Below are positions 28,360 to 37,773 of a stretch of DNA of 64,000 nucleotides, one piece after another. Position 1 is the stretch's first letter. Each line of letters starts with the position of its first letter. The position numbers and the translations under genes are program-made. Below the pieces are notes generated by a model, which had not been told where the DNA came from, ran no database searches, and was given only the letters and a program-made list of their open reading frames with translations. Origin of the DNA: an uncultured Acidobacteriaceae bacterium (GTDB lineage Bacteria; Acidobacteriota; Terriglobia; Terriglobales; Acidobacteriaceae); assembly GCA_963785825.1 (NCBI GenBank), contig CAWAWQ010000002.1:242192-306191 (forward strand), in the 5' to 3' direction.

Positions 28360-28660
28360 GCTAAGGAGAGTCTGATTAAGTGCGACCGGAGTCCCTCAGG
28401 GGCCAAAGTGTATGCGTGGGAACTAACCTTTCTCCTTGGCGGTGGAACATGACCCGTGAAAATCCCGCCCCGCAGGGGCGGCTATGTCGTTAGCCCAGGA
28501 TGAAGCGAAGCGGAATCCTGGGTGGAGAGGGAAATTATTCCGAGCCGCGTAGCGGCGACACCGTTCTCACGCAGACACTAAAGCCCAGCTTGACTTCAGG
28601 CACTTACGGGCGGCCTGAAGGCCGTTCCTTCAAAACTTCAACTTAATCAGAGCTTCCCCA
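28360..28660 (+). mobile_element. MITE-like element (TCTGATTAAGT family) interrupted by a second MITE
   Basis: The left part 28360-28408 and right part 28578-28660 together align with the uninterrupted copies at 52548-52673 and 14775-14905 (reverse complement). Confidence 0.75.
28409..28577. mobile_element. Nested 169-bp MITE with 15-bp TIRs and a 6-bp target duplication
   Basis: TIRs are TGTATGCGTGGGAAC and GTTCTCACGCAGACA (13 of 15 complementary). It is flanked by CCAAAG and CTAAAG. The interior hairpins are cgccccgcaggggcg and cccagg..cctggg. Confidence 0.75.
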
Positions 28661-28878
28661 AGTATTTCATTCGGTATCGCGAGCCACACTCGCCAGCCTC
28701 TTTTGCACTCGAAGGTCCGCGGTTCTGTGGGAGCAGGCTCACCGATTGGCGTGTGTCCCCCGCAGGTGATTAAGAGCATGAATGCTCTCTAACGCAGAGG
28801 CCAAGCCTGAGGAGCGGCGTGAGATTGTGAAGAAGTACAAACTCGCCCAGGCTACATACCTTGAAAAACGTTTGGAAA

Positions 28879-31089
28879 TCAAGTCTCTTCCCATCGCATA
28901 TGGGGATGCTGCATCGCTTCCAGCTGAGGACGGGTAAATGTCGAGTGTATGTCTGCGTACAACGGCCCAAGGATGGAGGCTAGATTTTGTGTGAGGGTGA
29001 TCACGTCGGCTAGTTGCGAGGGAATCGGCAGCCCTGCGTAACTGGTTTCAATGGCCTGCCGCAGTTTTACCGCAGATTCCTGCAGGTCGGATGGAACGCC
29101 TGGCCGTTTCCCGCTGACCTCGTCGGCGATCGCAGAGAGTGCTGAGCCCAGATCCTTCTGGAAATCGCGCTGGGCTTCTACGGTTGCGGGTATCCCCGCT
29201 GAGGAGGTTTCGAGCAAGTACTGTGCCGCGGTCACTTCCACCTGCAGTAAGGTGCCGAGCGTAGGCTGCCATTTCCTAAGGTCATCGCGGATCTTCAGCT
29301 TTCGTTCGCGCGATGGCCCAAACTCAAAAACCACGGCATCGGCCTGAGCTCTCACAGCATTGAATCCATCATTGATCTCGTCACGCAACTGCAACACACG
29401 TTTGCTGGCTTCCTCTCGGGGTTGCTGCTTCCAGGTTTGTTCCGTCATCCCAGCGAGCAGCCTCAAATTGCGGACAAATCCATCCTGCATCTCCTGCAGA
29501 GCATTTCGTACCCAGAGGCGATCGAAGACGAGCCACATCGACACCAGCCCGAGCAGTACGCCAAGCACACGATCGCGAGCGATGGAAAGCGAGGTCTGGA
29601 TCGCGAACTCCTGCAGGTTGATCAGGTAGAAGGCGAGCGCCAGCTGTATTCCCAGGTACGAGAGCTTGGGAGTCGAAGTCGCGATCCAGGCTGAGATGGC
29701 GGTAACGATCGCAAACAGTACCGCGAATCCCGCAATGGAATTCAGATAAGGGAGCACGAAGACCTGCGCACCCATTCCGAATACGAAGCCTCCGATGATG
29801 GCTCCCGCAAGTCGCAGGAATTGCTTCTGCCGAGATGCACCTATAGTGGAAAGAGCCGTGATGATGCAGGTAGCAACTGAAGTGCTCAGGCCTGGCCAAT
29901 CGATTGCCGTATAAGTGATGTAGGCAACCATGGTCGCCGCCATACCACGCAAGGCGAATTCCAAATGCGCGGGATTGGAAAACGCGTCGGGCACCAGCCA
30001 ACGTTGCTGTTCTTCCCGCTCGGTGGCCGGCACTAGCATTTCTGCGACCGTACCCGAGCCGGAAAAAGAATGGGACATCAGGGCGACGGTTCTTTCCATC
30101 TCCGGGAGAAACGGCAACTCCGAGGTCTGAAGCGAAGCAGGAATTTCTATCGGTCGCGGGAGCAGGCGCTTATGGAGATCGTCCCTAAGCTTCGCAATTG
30201 AGCGGGCGAGATTCAAACACCGTTCGCCGTCCGCATCGCTGGTTACAAAGAAACGATTCGAACGCGCAATCTGCAGGCTAGCGGCAAGGCTCATCAGACG
30301 GCCCAGCAGGGCCACAGCCGTCGCCATTTGCGCAATGAGCTGCCGGCTGCTGCCGGAACGCAGCACGATTCTCCTAAGCCGTGACGTGCCCACGCTGGCA
30401 TAGAGCGAGAGCTCCTTTTGAAATTGGAAGGAAGACTCGCCGGCGGCAATCTGTCGCAGCAAGTTTTCTACCGACCCCAACCGGGTTTCGATACCCAGGG
30501 TCAGGTCGGTCGTAGGATGCACGCGGCGGAAAACATATTCCACCACGACTGTTACTGCCGAGCCGATGAGCACGGAGAATCCCAGCCATAACGTATTTTC
30601 CGTCCGCGCGTTGACCGTACGGAAGGTCTCGTCCCACAACGGAATCGCGCCCGCAAGGGTGAAGCCGAAACCAACCGCGGTGAAATAATCGGGAACAATC
30701 CGGATCACGTAGAAAGCCAGAAACAGAGACGACATAATCCACAAAAAATGTGTGAGCGGATCGGCAACCAGCGTCATCACCCCGAGCATGGTATAGACGG
30801 TCGCAATGGAATAGACCACCGCAGTTCGAATCCCGGCTCGCAAGGTTACGGTGGGATTCTCGCGACTCAGAAACAGGGTGTAGATGGCGCCAAGAAATCC
30901 GTTGGGGATGCGGAAGGTCATCACCAGCGCCATGACGATGGTGGCGGCTATGGTCATGCGACCGACTACCCAGGCGCGTCCGGGATAGGGAGAAAGTTCA
31001 GTCTTAAGAAATTGCCAGAACCACAAGCCGGCACTATCCAGTTTCCTGGATGGAGCCACCGCGGGGAGTGCCTGGTCCTGCGCAGACAT
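28879..31089 (-). CDS. FUSC-family efflux inner-membrane protein (MdtO/AaeB-like)
   Basis: 736 aa with two hydrophobic multi-TM blocks separated by a cytoplasmic helical region. Genomic context is HlyD, YtcA and OMF. Confidence 0.8.
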   Translation of the reverse strand: MSAQDQALPAVAPSRKLDSAGLWFWQFLKTELSPYPGRAWVVGRMTIAATIVMALVMTFRIPNGFLGAIYTLFLSRENPTVTLRAGIRTAVVYSIATVYTMLGVMTLVADPLTHFLWIMSSLFLAFYVIRIVPDYFTAVGFGFTLAGAIPLWDETFRTVNARTENTLWLGFSVLIGSAVTVVVEYVFRRVHPTTDLTLGIETRLGSVENLLRQIAAGESSFQFQKELSLYASVGTSRLRRIVLRSGSSRQLIAQMATAVALLGRLMSLAASLQIARSNRFFVTSDADGERCLNLARSIAKLRDDLHKRLLPRPIEIPASLQTSELPFLPEMERTVALMSHSFSGSGTVAEMLVPATEREEQQRWLVPDAFSNPAHLEFALRGMAATMVAYITYTAIDWPGLSTSVATCIITALSTIGASRQKQFLRLAGAIIGGFVFGMGAQVFVLPYLNSIAGFAVLFAIVTAISAWIATSTPKLSYLGIQLALAFYLINLQEFAIQTSLSIARDRVLGVLLGLVSMWLVFDRLWVRNALQEMQDGFVRNLRLLAGMTEQTWKQQPREEASKRVLQLRDEINDGFNAVRAQADAVVFEFGPSRERKLKIRDDLRKWQPTLGTLLQVEVTAAQYLLETSSAGIPATVEAQRDFQKDLGSALSAIADEVSGKRPGVPSDLQESAVKLRQAIETSYAGLPIPSQLADVITLTQNLASILGPLYADIHSTFTRPQLEAMQHPHMRWEET

Positions 31090-31091
31090 GT

Positions 31092-32324
31092 TTACTTTGT
31101 CCCGGATTCAGAGCCACGCCGAATGACGACGACCGCCGATTCGCTCAGCCGGAAGGGCTCTGTCTCCGCAGCCTGGATACGCACCCGCACGGGAAAACGG
31201 GTGGCCAGGTGCACCCAATTCAGCGAACGTTGCACATCGGGCAGGCCGGGTGAGAAGGAGCCCACAAGTGTCGAATCCGGCTGAACTCCGAATCCGACAC
31301 TGTCCACCACTCCGTCGTACCGCACATTGGGACGAGAGAGCACATACACCCACGCGCGCATTCCGGGGTGAATATGTCTCAGTTGCGTTTCGCGAAAATT
31401 GGCGACGGCCCACCACACGCGGGTGTCGATCAAGGTGAAGACCTGCTGGCCGGTGTGAGCGTAGGCGCCCTGTGAAATCGTGAGATTCGTAACCCTCGCG
31501 TCAAACGGGGCATAGATTCTGCAATTGTTGAAGTTGTATTCGGCAGTACGAATGTTTGCCGCCTTGGCTTCGCGTTGAGCGGTAAGCGGCTCCAGGGTCA
31601 GGACGCTGTGCTGCGATTGGGCCAGTTGCTCATGGCTCTGATGCATCGAGGCCTTCGCCTGCTGATATTGAGCTTTAGCCGAGAGCACCTGCGCCTGCGC
31701 CAATGCCTGTTGGGAACGCGCTTCGTCGACCACCTGCTGCCGCGCGGTCACCGCTGTCCGCGCCTGGTCGACCTGATCGACGGTGACGAACTGTTTGGCC
31801 AGCAACGGCTCGATGCGATGAAAATTGTTGGAAGTATAGAGCAGTTCTGCTTGTGCACGGTCGACCGTGGCCTTGGCGCTGGCGACATTAGCTTCCGCTT
31901 CCTTAACTGCCGCGGCGGCGCGGTCGACATTCGCTGCGGCGCTCCCGGTATAGGCTTGCGCCGCTCCTACTGCGCTTTGCTGCGATGCGATGGTGCGGCT
32001 TTCATCGACGATCTGGCCTTCCAGCGTGTGTAGGTCAGAACGTGCCCGCTGCAGCGCGTATTCGTAAGGCCGGGGATCGATTTCAAACAGCAGTCCGCCT
32101 TGCTTCACGAACTCATTGTCCATTACCGCGAGGGTGGTGATTGGGCCATCGACCTGGGGAGCGATGCCGATAAAGTTAGCGAATACCTCGGCGTCGTCGG
32201 TACGGGGATACAGCGTTGTCTCAGCCACCACCATCAGGCCGGTGATCAATGCGGCGGCAACGATCGCAATAGCGACGATTCGGCCAAGACGTTTGCGCTG
32301 AGCGGGAGTGTCGTTTTCAGGCAT
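31092..32324 (-). CDS. HlyD-family efflux periplasmic adaptor (MdtN/AaeA/EmrA-like)
   Basis: Has an N-terminal TM anchor, 'YPRTDDAEV...IAPQVDGPI' lipoyl-like motifs and a long Ala/Gln coiled-coil hairpin. Confidence 0.85.
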   Translation of the reverse strand: MPENDTPAQRKRLGRIVAIAIVAAALITGLMVVAETTLYPRTDDAEVFANFIGIAPQVDGPITTLAVMDNEFVKQGGLLFEIDPRPYEYALQRARSDLHTLEGQIVDESRTIASQQSAVGAAQAYTGSAAANVDRAAAAVKEAEANVASAKATVDRAQAELLYTSNNFHRIEPLLAKQFVTVDQVDQARTAVTARQQVVDEARSQQALAQAQVLSAKAQYQQAKASMHQSHEQLAQSQHSVLTLEPLTAQREAKAANIRTAEYNFNNCRIYAPFDARVTNLTISQGAYAHTGQQVFTLIDTRVWWAVANFRETQLRHIHPGMRAWVYVLSRPNVRYDGVVDSVGFGVQPDSTLVGSFSPGLPDVQRSLNWVHLATRFPVRVRIQAAETEPFRLSESAVVVIRRGSESGTK

Positions 32325-32337
32325 TGCGTTTCTCTCC

Positions 32338-32625
32338 TCAGCTGAAGAACAACAGCCAGATCGTAAAGGTGAAAAATGCTGCCAAACACGGATATACGAG
32401 AATCAGCGGCGAAAGCTCCTGCTCAAAATTCCAGCGCACAAAAAGCATTCGCACCCCAACCGTAAGCAGTATGCCGATAACTCCACACAGAATCCAAGCC
32501 GGAAAGAACGATCCGAGAATATTGAAGGTCGGTGCGCGCGAGCATCCTGTCGCCAATCCCATCACGGCGACGCACGCCGCCACCGAAGCGACACGGAACG
32601 TAACTAAAAACGTTGCGGCGTTCAT
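32338..32625 (-). CDS. ytcA: YtcA-family small membrane lipoprotein
   Basis: '...GLATGCSRAPTFNILGSFFPAWILCGVIGILLT...' parallels E. coli YtcA (SGC..IPVIGAYYPSWFFC). Its position upstream of the HlyD gene matches ytcA-mdtNOP. Confidence 0.65.
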   Translation of the reverse strand: MNAATFLVTFRVASVAACVAVMGLATGCSRAPTFNILGSFFPAWILCGVIGILLTVGVRMLFVRWNFEQELSPLILVYPCLAAFFTFTIWLLFFS

Positions 32626-32638
32626 TCTCGTCCTCACA

Positions 32639-34069
32639 TCACGGAGTCTTCGCATAAAGTAGGCCGCCGGTTTGATAGGCAAGAGCTGCCAGGCCAGTCA
32701 GCAGCTGAGTACGGGCCGTCACATCCGCGGTGCGCGCATCGGCCAGGGTCCGCTGCGCCGAAACCACGTCGATCTGGCTGCGCACGCCGTAATTGTAGGA
32801 CTCGAGTGCCGCATTGTAGGACTCGGTTGCCGCTTCCAGCAGTGCCGCCGCCGCTTTCTGCTGGCGAAGAGCGGTCCGGGCGGTCGAGTATGCGGACCAC
32901 ACTTCATTCTCTACCTGGTCACGGATCGCCTCCACGCTGGAGGCCGCCTGCTTCTGATTGGCTCGGGCGCGAGCCAGACGGTTTTCCCGCGCCAGTCCAT
33001 CGAATATGGTCCAGGTGAGGCTGAGGCGGGCGTTCCATGTCTCCTGCGTCGGCGAGTAGACTCCGGGCAGCTGCTCCTGCTGCCCGTAAGAGCGTCCCAG
33101 GCCGGCGCTTCCGTCGATGCTCAAGGTGGGAAAGTAATTTCTCTTCGTCACGCCCACTTCCGCTCCCGCGGCGCGCAACTCCGCCACGCGTTGCAGCAGG
33201 TCGGGCCGCTGGGCCAGCGCCTTGTCAATCGAAGTCTCAACCGTATCGGCGATACTGTCGGGCATCTTGATGGTCTGAATGCTTTCCACTTGAAACAGTG
33301 TAGTGGGCGAAATGCCAAGTGCGTTCGCCAGATCGCCATGGGCAATTTCGGTGGCGCCGATCGCCGCCTGAAGATTGTAATCGGCTTGTGCGGCGGCGCT
33401 GCGGGCCTCGAGGACGTCGGGCAAGGTCGCCAGTCCGTTCTGCAGCCGGGCCTCTGCCGCCTGCTCCACCGTTTGCGCGTTTCTCAAGTTCGCTTCTGCC
33501 GCTTCCTGAAGTCCTTTGGTATCCAGGAGGCGGTAATAGGCCTGCATCACCCGGAAGATCACTTTGCGATGAGTGTCGTTGAATTGGAAATTGGCAGCCA
33601 GCAGATTGTTCCGGCTGATGGCGATTTCCTGGGTGCGCTGCCCAAAATCGAAGATGATGTAGTCCAGAATGAAGACGGGCGAGAACGTCTCTACTGTTTG
33701 CCGCTGGAAGAACGGGCCAAAGAAGATGTCGTTCCGTCCGCTTTCGGCCAGCGCGGCCGCGGCCATGGTAGGGTACAGAGTGGAGCGGGCGATACCCAGG
33801 TCGGCGGCTCGGGCCTTGGCGTTTTCCCAGGCAACACGCGTCTCGGGATTATTCTGCTCGCCGATGTTTACCAGGTCGGATAAGCTGTAGATCATTTTCG
33901 GATCGAGAACAGCAGACGACGCCGGTCGCGGCGGAAGCTTGAATTGCTGATTCGTCGTAGAAACGTCCCATGGATGGTCGGGGACAGAGGGCGCCTTTTG
34001 AGCGAACGAGACCCCTTCCGCAACCAGCATGCAGAGCATGATGACTGTTCGTCCACAAAAATGAGACAT
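32639..34069 (-). CDS. TolC-family outer membrane efflux protein
   Basis: 476 aa with a signal peptide, two OEP repeats and typical Ala/Gln/Leu-rich coiled coils. Confidence 0.85.
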   Translation of the reverse strand: MSHFCGRTVIMLCMLVAEGVSFAQKAPSVPDHPWDVSTTNQQFKLPPRPASSAVLDPKMIYSLSDLVNIGEQNNPETRVAWENAKARAADLGIARSTLYPTMAAAALAESGRNDIFFGPFFQRQTVETFSPVFILDYIIFDFGQRTQEIAISRNNLLAANFQFNDTHRKVIFRVMQAYYRLLDTKGLQEAAEANLRNAQTVEQAAEARLQNGLATLPDVLEARSAAAQADYNLQAAIGATEIAHGDLANALGISPTTLFQVESIQTIKMPDSIADTVETSIDKALAQRPDLLQRVAELRAAGAEVGVTKRNYFPTLSIDGSAGLGRSYGQQEQLPGVYSPTQETWNARLSLTWTIFDGLARENRLARARANQKQAASSVEAIRDQVENEVWSAYSTARTALRQQKAAAALLEAATESYNAALESYNYGVRSQIDVVSAQRTLADARTADVTARTQLLTGLAALAYQTGGLLYAKTP

Positions 34070-34330
34070 TCCTAGCCAGGATGCCGTACTTTCGGCGGCT
34101 CTTCTTAATTAAAAGTAAGGGGATAATATCACGGCACAACACATCCCAAAGCCACTGGAACGACTTTGCATCTCCAGGGTCACGGATAGGGGATTGAGTT
34201 TTATGGCATCGTTGAACTGCTCCTGAATCATCGTGTGAAGGAGATCCCCACCGGGCACACAGTTATAAGCTGCCATATCAGTCGCGCCGAACTGCTGGAT
34301 GCCCGTCGCTGATGTCGCGACGGCTGCGGG

Positions 34331-34359
34331 AAAGGAAAAAGGCCGCAAGCCCGCGGCCT
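34331..34359 (-). terminator. Intrinsic terminator downstream of tRNA-fMet
   Basis: On the minus strand, GGCCGC-gggctt-GCGGCC is followed by TTTTTCCTTT. Confidence 0.55.
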
Positions 34360-34421
34360 CTTAATGTTCCCTATTGTCCCCACATCGCTTGGGGCGATTC
34401 CTCGTAACCGATTGAATCTTT

Positions 34422-34498
<77 letters not shown>

Positions 34499-34659
34499 TT
34501 TCGATGATACCGTCATGTGAACAGCAGGTCAAACCTGTCCCTGGTTCCTGTAAGCGGCACCAGTTTCGACTTCTACGACCCAATAAGACGCGCGGCCGGC
34601 GCACCGCCCCTTCGCCGGCTAAGCATGCACGCGGTGGCGCGGAATGATAGGCTCTGTTC

Positions 34660-34884
34660 ATGGCGGATGATGATCGTCACCATCGGCAGAGCACCGCGGT
34701 GGTCTGGGCGCGCTATTCGCAACTGGCATTTATTCTTCCGGCGGCGGTGGTGGTGGGCCTTCTGATTGGCAAGTTGCTCGATCACTGGCTGCACACGCGC
34801 TGGCTGTTTCTAGTCGGCATCATCGTCGGAGCGATCGCGGGTTTCATCGACATTATTCGCGCCATCACCCGGCAGAAGAGCTGA
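34660..34884 (+). CDS. atpZ: AtpZ/AtpR-like small membrane protein of the F-ATPase operon
   Basis: 74 aa with two TM helices ('QLAFILPAAVVVGLLIGKLLD', 'WLFLVGIIVGAIAGFIDI'). Lies immediately upstream of atpI. Confidence 0.65.
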   Translation: MADDDRHHRQSTAVVWARYSQLAFILPAAVVVGLLIGKLLDHWLHTRWLFLVGIIVGAIAGFIDIIRAITRQKS

Positions 34885-34966
34885 AGTGCAAAACGGGGTT
34901 GAATCGGCGCGCCTCTCCGAATGTTTCACCCGGCTGCCCGGTTCAGTGCCACACACGGCTCAATCC

Positions 34967-35395
34967 ATGGCGACCACGGAATCAACATCATCGGCGGCCG
35001 ACAATTTTTACGACCGCGCCTTACCGCGGATTCGCAAGATACTGATTGTGCTGTCGGCCCTCGGGCTGGGGACCTCCGCCATTTTCTTTCGCTGGCCCGT
35101 GGCCGTAGGCTTCTTCGTAGGCGCAGCGGTCTCCTACATCAATCACGTTTGGCTGGAGCGGGTGGTAAATGCGCTGGGGGAACGCATCGCGACCGGCCGA
35201 AGCGGGGAGCGCGGCGGGGGAATCGTGCTCCGCGCGGTGCTGCGTTATGGCTTCATCGCCGGCGGAGCATATGTTATATTTAATGTTTCCTTGGCGGCGC
35301 TTTACGGCTTTTTGGGTGGCGTGTGCCTTCCTATTGCAGCCATCGCCTGCGAAGTTGCAGTGGAACTATTCGTCACGCTGCGACGCGGATTCTGA
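34967..35395 (+). CDS. atpI: ATP synthase protein I
   Basis: About 142 aa with 4 predicted TM segments, positioned between atpZ and atpB. The start is uncertain (GTG 34886 or ATG 34967). Confidence 0.6.
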   Translation: MATTESTSSAADNFYDRALPRIRKILIVLSALGLGTSAIFFRWPVAVGFFVGAAVSYINHVWLERVVNALGERIATGRSGERGGGIVLRAVLRYGFIAGGAYVIFNVSLAALYGFLGGVCLPIAAIACEVAVELFVTLRRGF

Positions 35396-35477
35396 TTTTC
35401 CTAATCACAGTTTGACTCATTAACGGCCACAGCCGACAGTGTGTCAGCGAGCCCTGAAGTCATACGAGCTAGCCTTC

Positions 35478-36209
35478 ATGCCTGAGCAACTCTGGATTAC
35501 CGCCCTTCTGAACAAGTACTTCGGCGGACTGGCGAATACAATTCTGGACGCCCTGCATCTGCATTCAGTCCACCCCCAGGCGCCCATCGCGAACTATGTC
35601 GCCATGCAACTGGTGGTCTTCGTGCTGCTCGTGTTGTTCTTTGCAGCCCTCCGCTTGCGACTCTCGGTGGAGGATCCGGACGTCTTGCAGCACGTCATAG
35701 AGAGCCTCAATTCATTTATCACCAATCAGAGCCATGAAGTGATCGGGCATGGATACCAAAGGTATATCGGGTATTTGTCGGTTTTAGGCATATTCATTCT
35801 GGCCGGCTGCCTGATTGGTGTGATACCTGGATTCGAAACCGCCACGGCTGCTCCGTCCGTCCCACTGGGATGCGCACTCGTCACCTGGTTCTACTATCAT
35901 TTCCAAGGCATTCGAGTAAACGGCTTCTCCTACATCAAGAACTTTCTTGGACCGGAGCCCTGGCTGGCAATACTGTTGTTTCCCATCGAGATCTTCAGCC
36001 ATCTTGCGCGCATTCTTTCGCTGACCATCCGTCTTTACGCCAACATGTTCGCCAGCGATATGGTGATCCTGGTTTTCCTTTCCCTGGTCCCGATCGCTCT
36101 CCCGGTAGTTTTCATCTTGTTGCATATCGGCGTGGCAGTCATTCAGACGTATGTTTTCGTGCTATTGGCGACGGTTTACATTGGCGAAGCGGTGGCGCAC
36201 GAGCATTAA
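35478..36209 (+). CDS. atpB: F0F1 ATP synthase subunit a
   Basis: Contains 'LARILSLTIRLYANMFAS' (conserved Arg) and 'VIQTYVFVLLATVYIGEA', which are typical subunit-a motifs. Confidence 0.9.
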   Translation: MPEQLWITALLNKYFGGLANTILDALHLHSVHPQAPIANYVAMQLVVFVLLVLFFAALRLRLSVEDPDVLQHVIESLNSFITNQSHEVIGHGYQRYIGYLSVLGIFILAGCLIGVIPGFETATAAPSVPLGCALVTWFYYHFQGIRVNGFSYIKNFLGPEPWLAILLFPIEIFSHLARILSLTIRLYANMFASDMVILVFLSLVPIALPVVFILLHIGVAVIQTYVFVLLATVYIGEAVAHEH

Positions 36210-36421
36210 GCAGCTTCGAGCCGCGAGCCTCGAGCTGCGAGCCACGCAACCGGCTAAATTGCTCATAGGGACGGAGTGGGTTTACCGGTTGGACGCGAGT
36301 AGACATTCGATTGCATGGACGAGCTTTTGGCTCGCGGCTCGTCGCTAAACTTCCTGCCAGCGTGAGGGCGTCAGCACGGTGAACGCCAACCACCTCCTGG
36401 CGGATTCATAAGGAGAACGAA

Positions 36422-36736
36422 ATGCGGAAAGTGATGATGGTATTTATTGCGCTGCTGGCCTTGATGACCATGGCCATGCCGGCGTACGCGCAGGGCGGAG
36501 GCACCGCCGCTGCAGGAGGCGCCAACTGGGTCGCCATTGCTTCGGGATTTGGCATCGCCATCGCGGCTGGCTTGGCCGGCCTTGGCCAGGGGCGCGTCGG
36601 AGCTGCCGCCTGCGAAGCCATGGCCCGGAACCCGGCTGCCCGTCCGGCCATCCAGCTGGCACTGATTCTTGGACTCGCCTTTATCGAGTCGCTGGTGCTG
36701 TTCACGCTGGTCATCATCTTCGCGAAAGTCGTTTAG
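36422..36736 (+). CDS. atpE: F0F1 ATP synthase subunit c with signal-peptide-like N-terminal extension
   Basis: The hairpin is 'GLGQGRVGAAACEAMARNP...LAFIESLVLF' with the ion-binding Glu. It is preceded by MRKVMMVFIALLALMTMAMPAYAQ. Confidence 0.9.
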   Translation: MRKVMMVFIALLALMTMAMPAYAQGGGTAAAGGANWVAIASGFGIAIAAGLAGLGQGRVGAAACEAMARNPAARPAIQLALILGLAFIESLVLFTLVIIFAKVV

Positions 36737-36755
36737 CTTTCGTCATCGCAAAGCC

Positions 36756-36782
36756 AGCCCCATCCGCGGATGGGGCTTTTTG
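36756..36782 (+). terminator. Intrinsic terminator after atpE
   Basis: AGCCCCATCC-GC-GGATGGGGCT is followed by TTTTTG. Confidence 0.7.
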
Positions 36783-36792
36783 CTGAGTTAAT

Positions 36793-36863
36793 AGTTGGCA
36801 GTTGGCACTTGGCATTTGGCGTTGTGCAACTGCTAATTGCTAATTGCTAGCTGCGCTAGTTGC
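36793..36863. repeat. Heptamer array pair (TTGGCAN x4 facing CTGCTAA/TTGCTAA units), potential long hairpin
   Basis: Sequence is agTTGGCAGTTGGCACTTGGCATTTGGCGTTGTGCAACTGCTAATTGCTAATTGCTAGCTGCGCTAGTTGC. It ends 5 nt before the ABC ATPase start. Confidence 0.7.
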
Positions 36864-36867
36864 TTTT

Positions 36868-37773
36868 ATGCCTGGTGTCCTCGATTACGAAATTGTGACC
36901 AAAGACTATGGCGCTCCGTGGTCACGCCGGCGAGTGCGCGCGCTCGACGGCTTCACGCTTTCGCTGGAGCGCGGCGAAATCTTCGGTTTCCTGGGCCCCA
37001 ACGGGGCAGGGAAGACCACCGCGATTCATCTGGCGTTGGGATTCATGCGGCCGTCATCGGGGACGGGCCAGTTACTGGGAAAACCGTTTGGCGACGCAGA
37101 GACACGTGCGCGCGTGGGCTTTCTGGCCGAGAATGTCGCGCTGTATCACCGGCCTGCGGGCAAGCTGCTGCGCTTCTATGGGGCGCTCAACGGCATGCGA
37201 CCGCAGCGGCTTCAGCTTCGCTGCCGTGAAGTGTTGCGGCAGGTGGAGCTGGAGATGGAAGCCGGTCGCAATGTCGGCAAGTTTTCTCGTGGAATGCAGC
37301 AACGTATCGGGCTGGCGCAGGCGCTGATTAACGACCCCGAACTCCTCATTCTGGACGAGCCGACTTCGGCGCTCGATCCCCTGGCGCGAGTGGCCATGCG
37401 CGAGCTATTGCTGGAAGCCAATCGCAACGGCAAGACCATTTTCTTGAGTTCCCATTTGCTATCGGAGATCGAGCTGATCTGCCATCGTGTCGGAATTGTG
37501 GACCACGGGCGCTTGATCAAGATCGGACGCACCGACGACTTGTTGGTGTCGCACGACCGATACGAGGTGGTGGCGCGAGGGGTTCCGACGGCGGAGTTTG
37601 CAGGGTCGCAATTGCGAGATGGTTGCTTCACGATCATCGTGCCTGCCGTGTCGCAGCGCGAAGTTCTGGAGCGAGTGTGGGCACGTGGTGGCGAAGTCGT
37701 CAGCGTCAATCCCGTGCGGCGCACGCTGGAAGAGGTATTCGTGGAGGTGACCAGGAAGGGCGGGGAATCGTGA
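36868..37773 (+). CDS. ABC transporter ATP-binding protein
   Basis: Walker A 'GPNGAGKTT', signature 'FSRGMQQRIGLA' and Walker B 'LLILDEPTSALD'. Confidence 0.88.
   Translation: MPGVLDYEIVTKDYGAPWSRRRVRALDGFTLSLERGEIFGFLGPNGAGKTTAIHLALGFMRPSSGTGQLLGKPFGDAETRARVGFLAENVALYHRPAGKLLRFYGALNGMRPQRLQLRCREVLRQVELEMEAGRNVGKFSRGMQQRIGLAQALINDPELLILDEPTSALDPLARVAMRELLLEANRNGKTIFLSSHLLSEIELICHRVGIVDHGRLIKIGRTDDLLVSHDRYEVVARGVPTAEFAGSQLRDGCFTIIVPAVSQREVLERVWARGGEVVSVNPVRRTLEEVFVEVTRKGGES

Noticed and set aside
34109-34348. 79-aa minus-strand ORF between tRNA-fMet and the OMF gene
   Set aside because: Its start lies inside the tRNA terminator hairpin. It has no SD and no motif, so it is probably non-coding.
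36406-36717. 103-aa minus-strand ORF opposite atpE
   Set aside because: It is antisense to the clearly identifiable c-subunit and is an Ala/Pro-rich shadow translation.
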